DNA from: the human T2T-CHM13v2.0 reference genome, Homo sapiens
NCBI RefSeq assembly: GCF_009914755.1
Contig: NC_060927.1
Reading direction: 5' to 3' (one strand)
DNA length: 64,000 nucleotides
In this document: in pieces, positions 63,836-64,000 of the stretch
Numbering within the stretch: the stretch's first letter is position 1
Layout: each line of letters starts with the position of its first letter
Notes under the pieces: model-generated
Told to the model about the DNA's origin: nothing
The model's input: only the letters and a program-made list of their open reading frames with translations
Database searches by the model: none
Position numbers and translations under genes: made by a program

Positions 63836-64000
63836 TCTATTAGTCCATTTTTATGCTGTTGATAAAGACATACTGGAGACTGGGCAATTTACAAAAGAAA
63901 GAGGTTTAATTGGACTTACAGCTCGACGTGGCTGAAGAAGCCTCACGATCATGGCGGAAGGCAAGGAGGAACAAGTCACGTGTTATCTGAATGGCAGCAG
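63836..64000 (-). mobile_element. THE1A-like LTR, cut by window edge
   Basis: TATTAGTCCATTTTTATGCTGTTGATAAAGACATAC..GAGACTGGGCAATTTACAAAAGAAAGAGGTTTAATTGGACTTACAG. Confidence 0.9.

Overview
AT-rich primate (human-like) non-coding DNA, intergenic or deep intronic, dominated by interspersed repeats. I find no host protein-coding exon, RNA gene or CRISPR array. The recognisable ORFs in the track are L1 ORF1/ORF2/ORF0 remnants; the rest appear to be chance frames in Alu, LTR or AT-rich DNA. Main elements: a full-length but disrupted L1PA4/5-type element (+, 16678-22833) in the tail of an AluJ, with two oppositely oriented truncated L1PA neighbours (14435-15248, twin-primed; 25960-28881); a THE1 LTR plus internal sequence; MER52, MER4-group, LTR10, MLT1/MST/MLT2 and MER21 LTRs; two L1MA-type elements; eight Alus; MIR, L2, MER94 and Cheshire relics; and microsatellites. 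I see no new protein-coding system. Best leads: (1) two perfectly identical patches (144 and 123 bp) carrying shared non-consensus bases between the inverted L1PA copies, suggesting local ectopic gene conversion; (2) an ATG-initiated 209-codon antisense L1 ORF0 frame running into an antisense AluJ; (3) an LTR10 solo LTR with a 29-bp tandem array holding four AP-1 sites; (4) a 50-bp MER4-like fragment flanked by L1-type target-site duplications. Subfamily names and consensus comparisons are from memory and need RepeatMasker/Dfam confirmation. Boundaries of old repeats are approximate.
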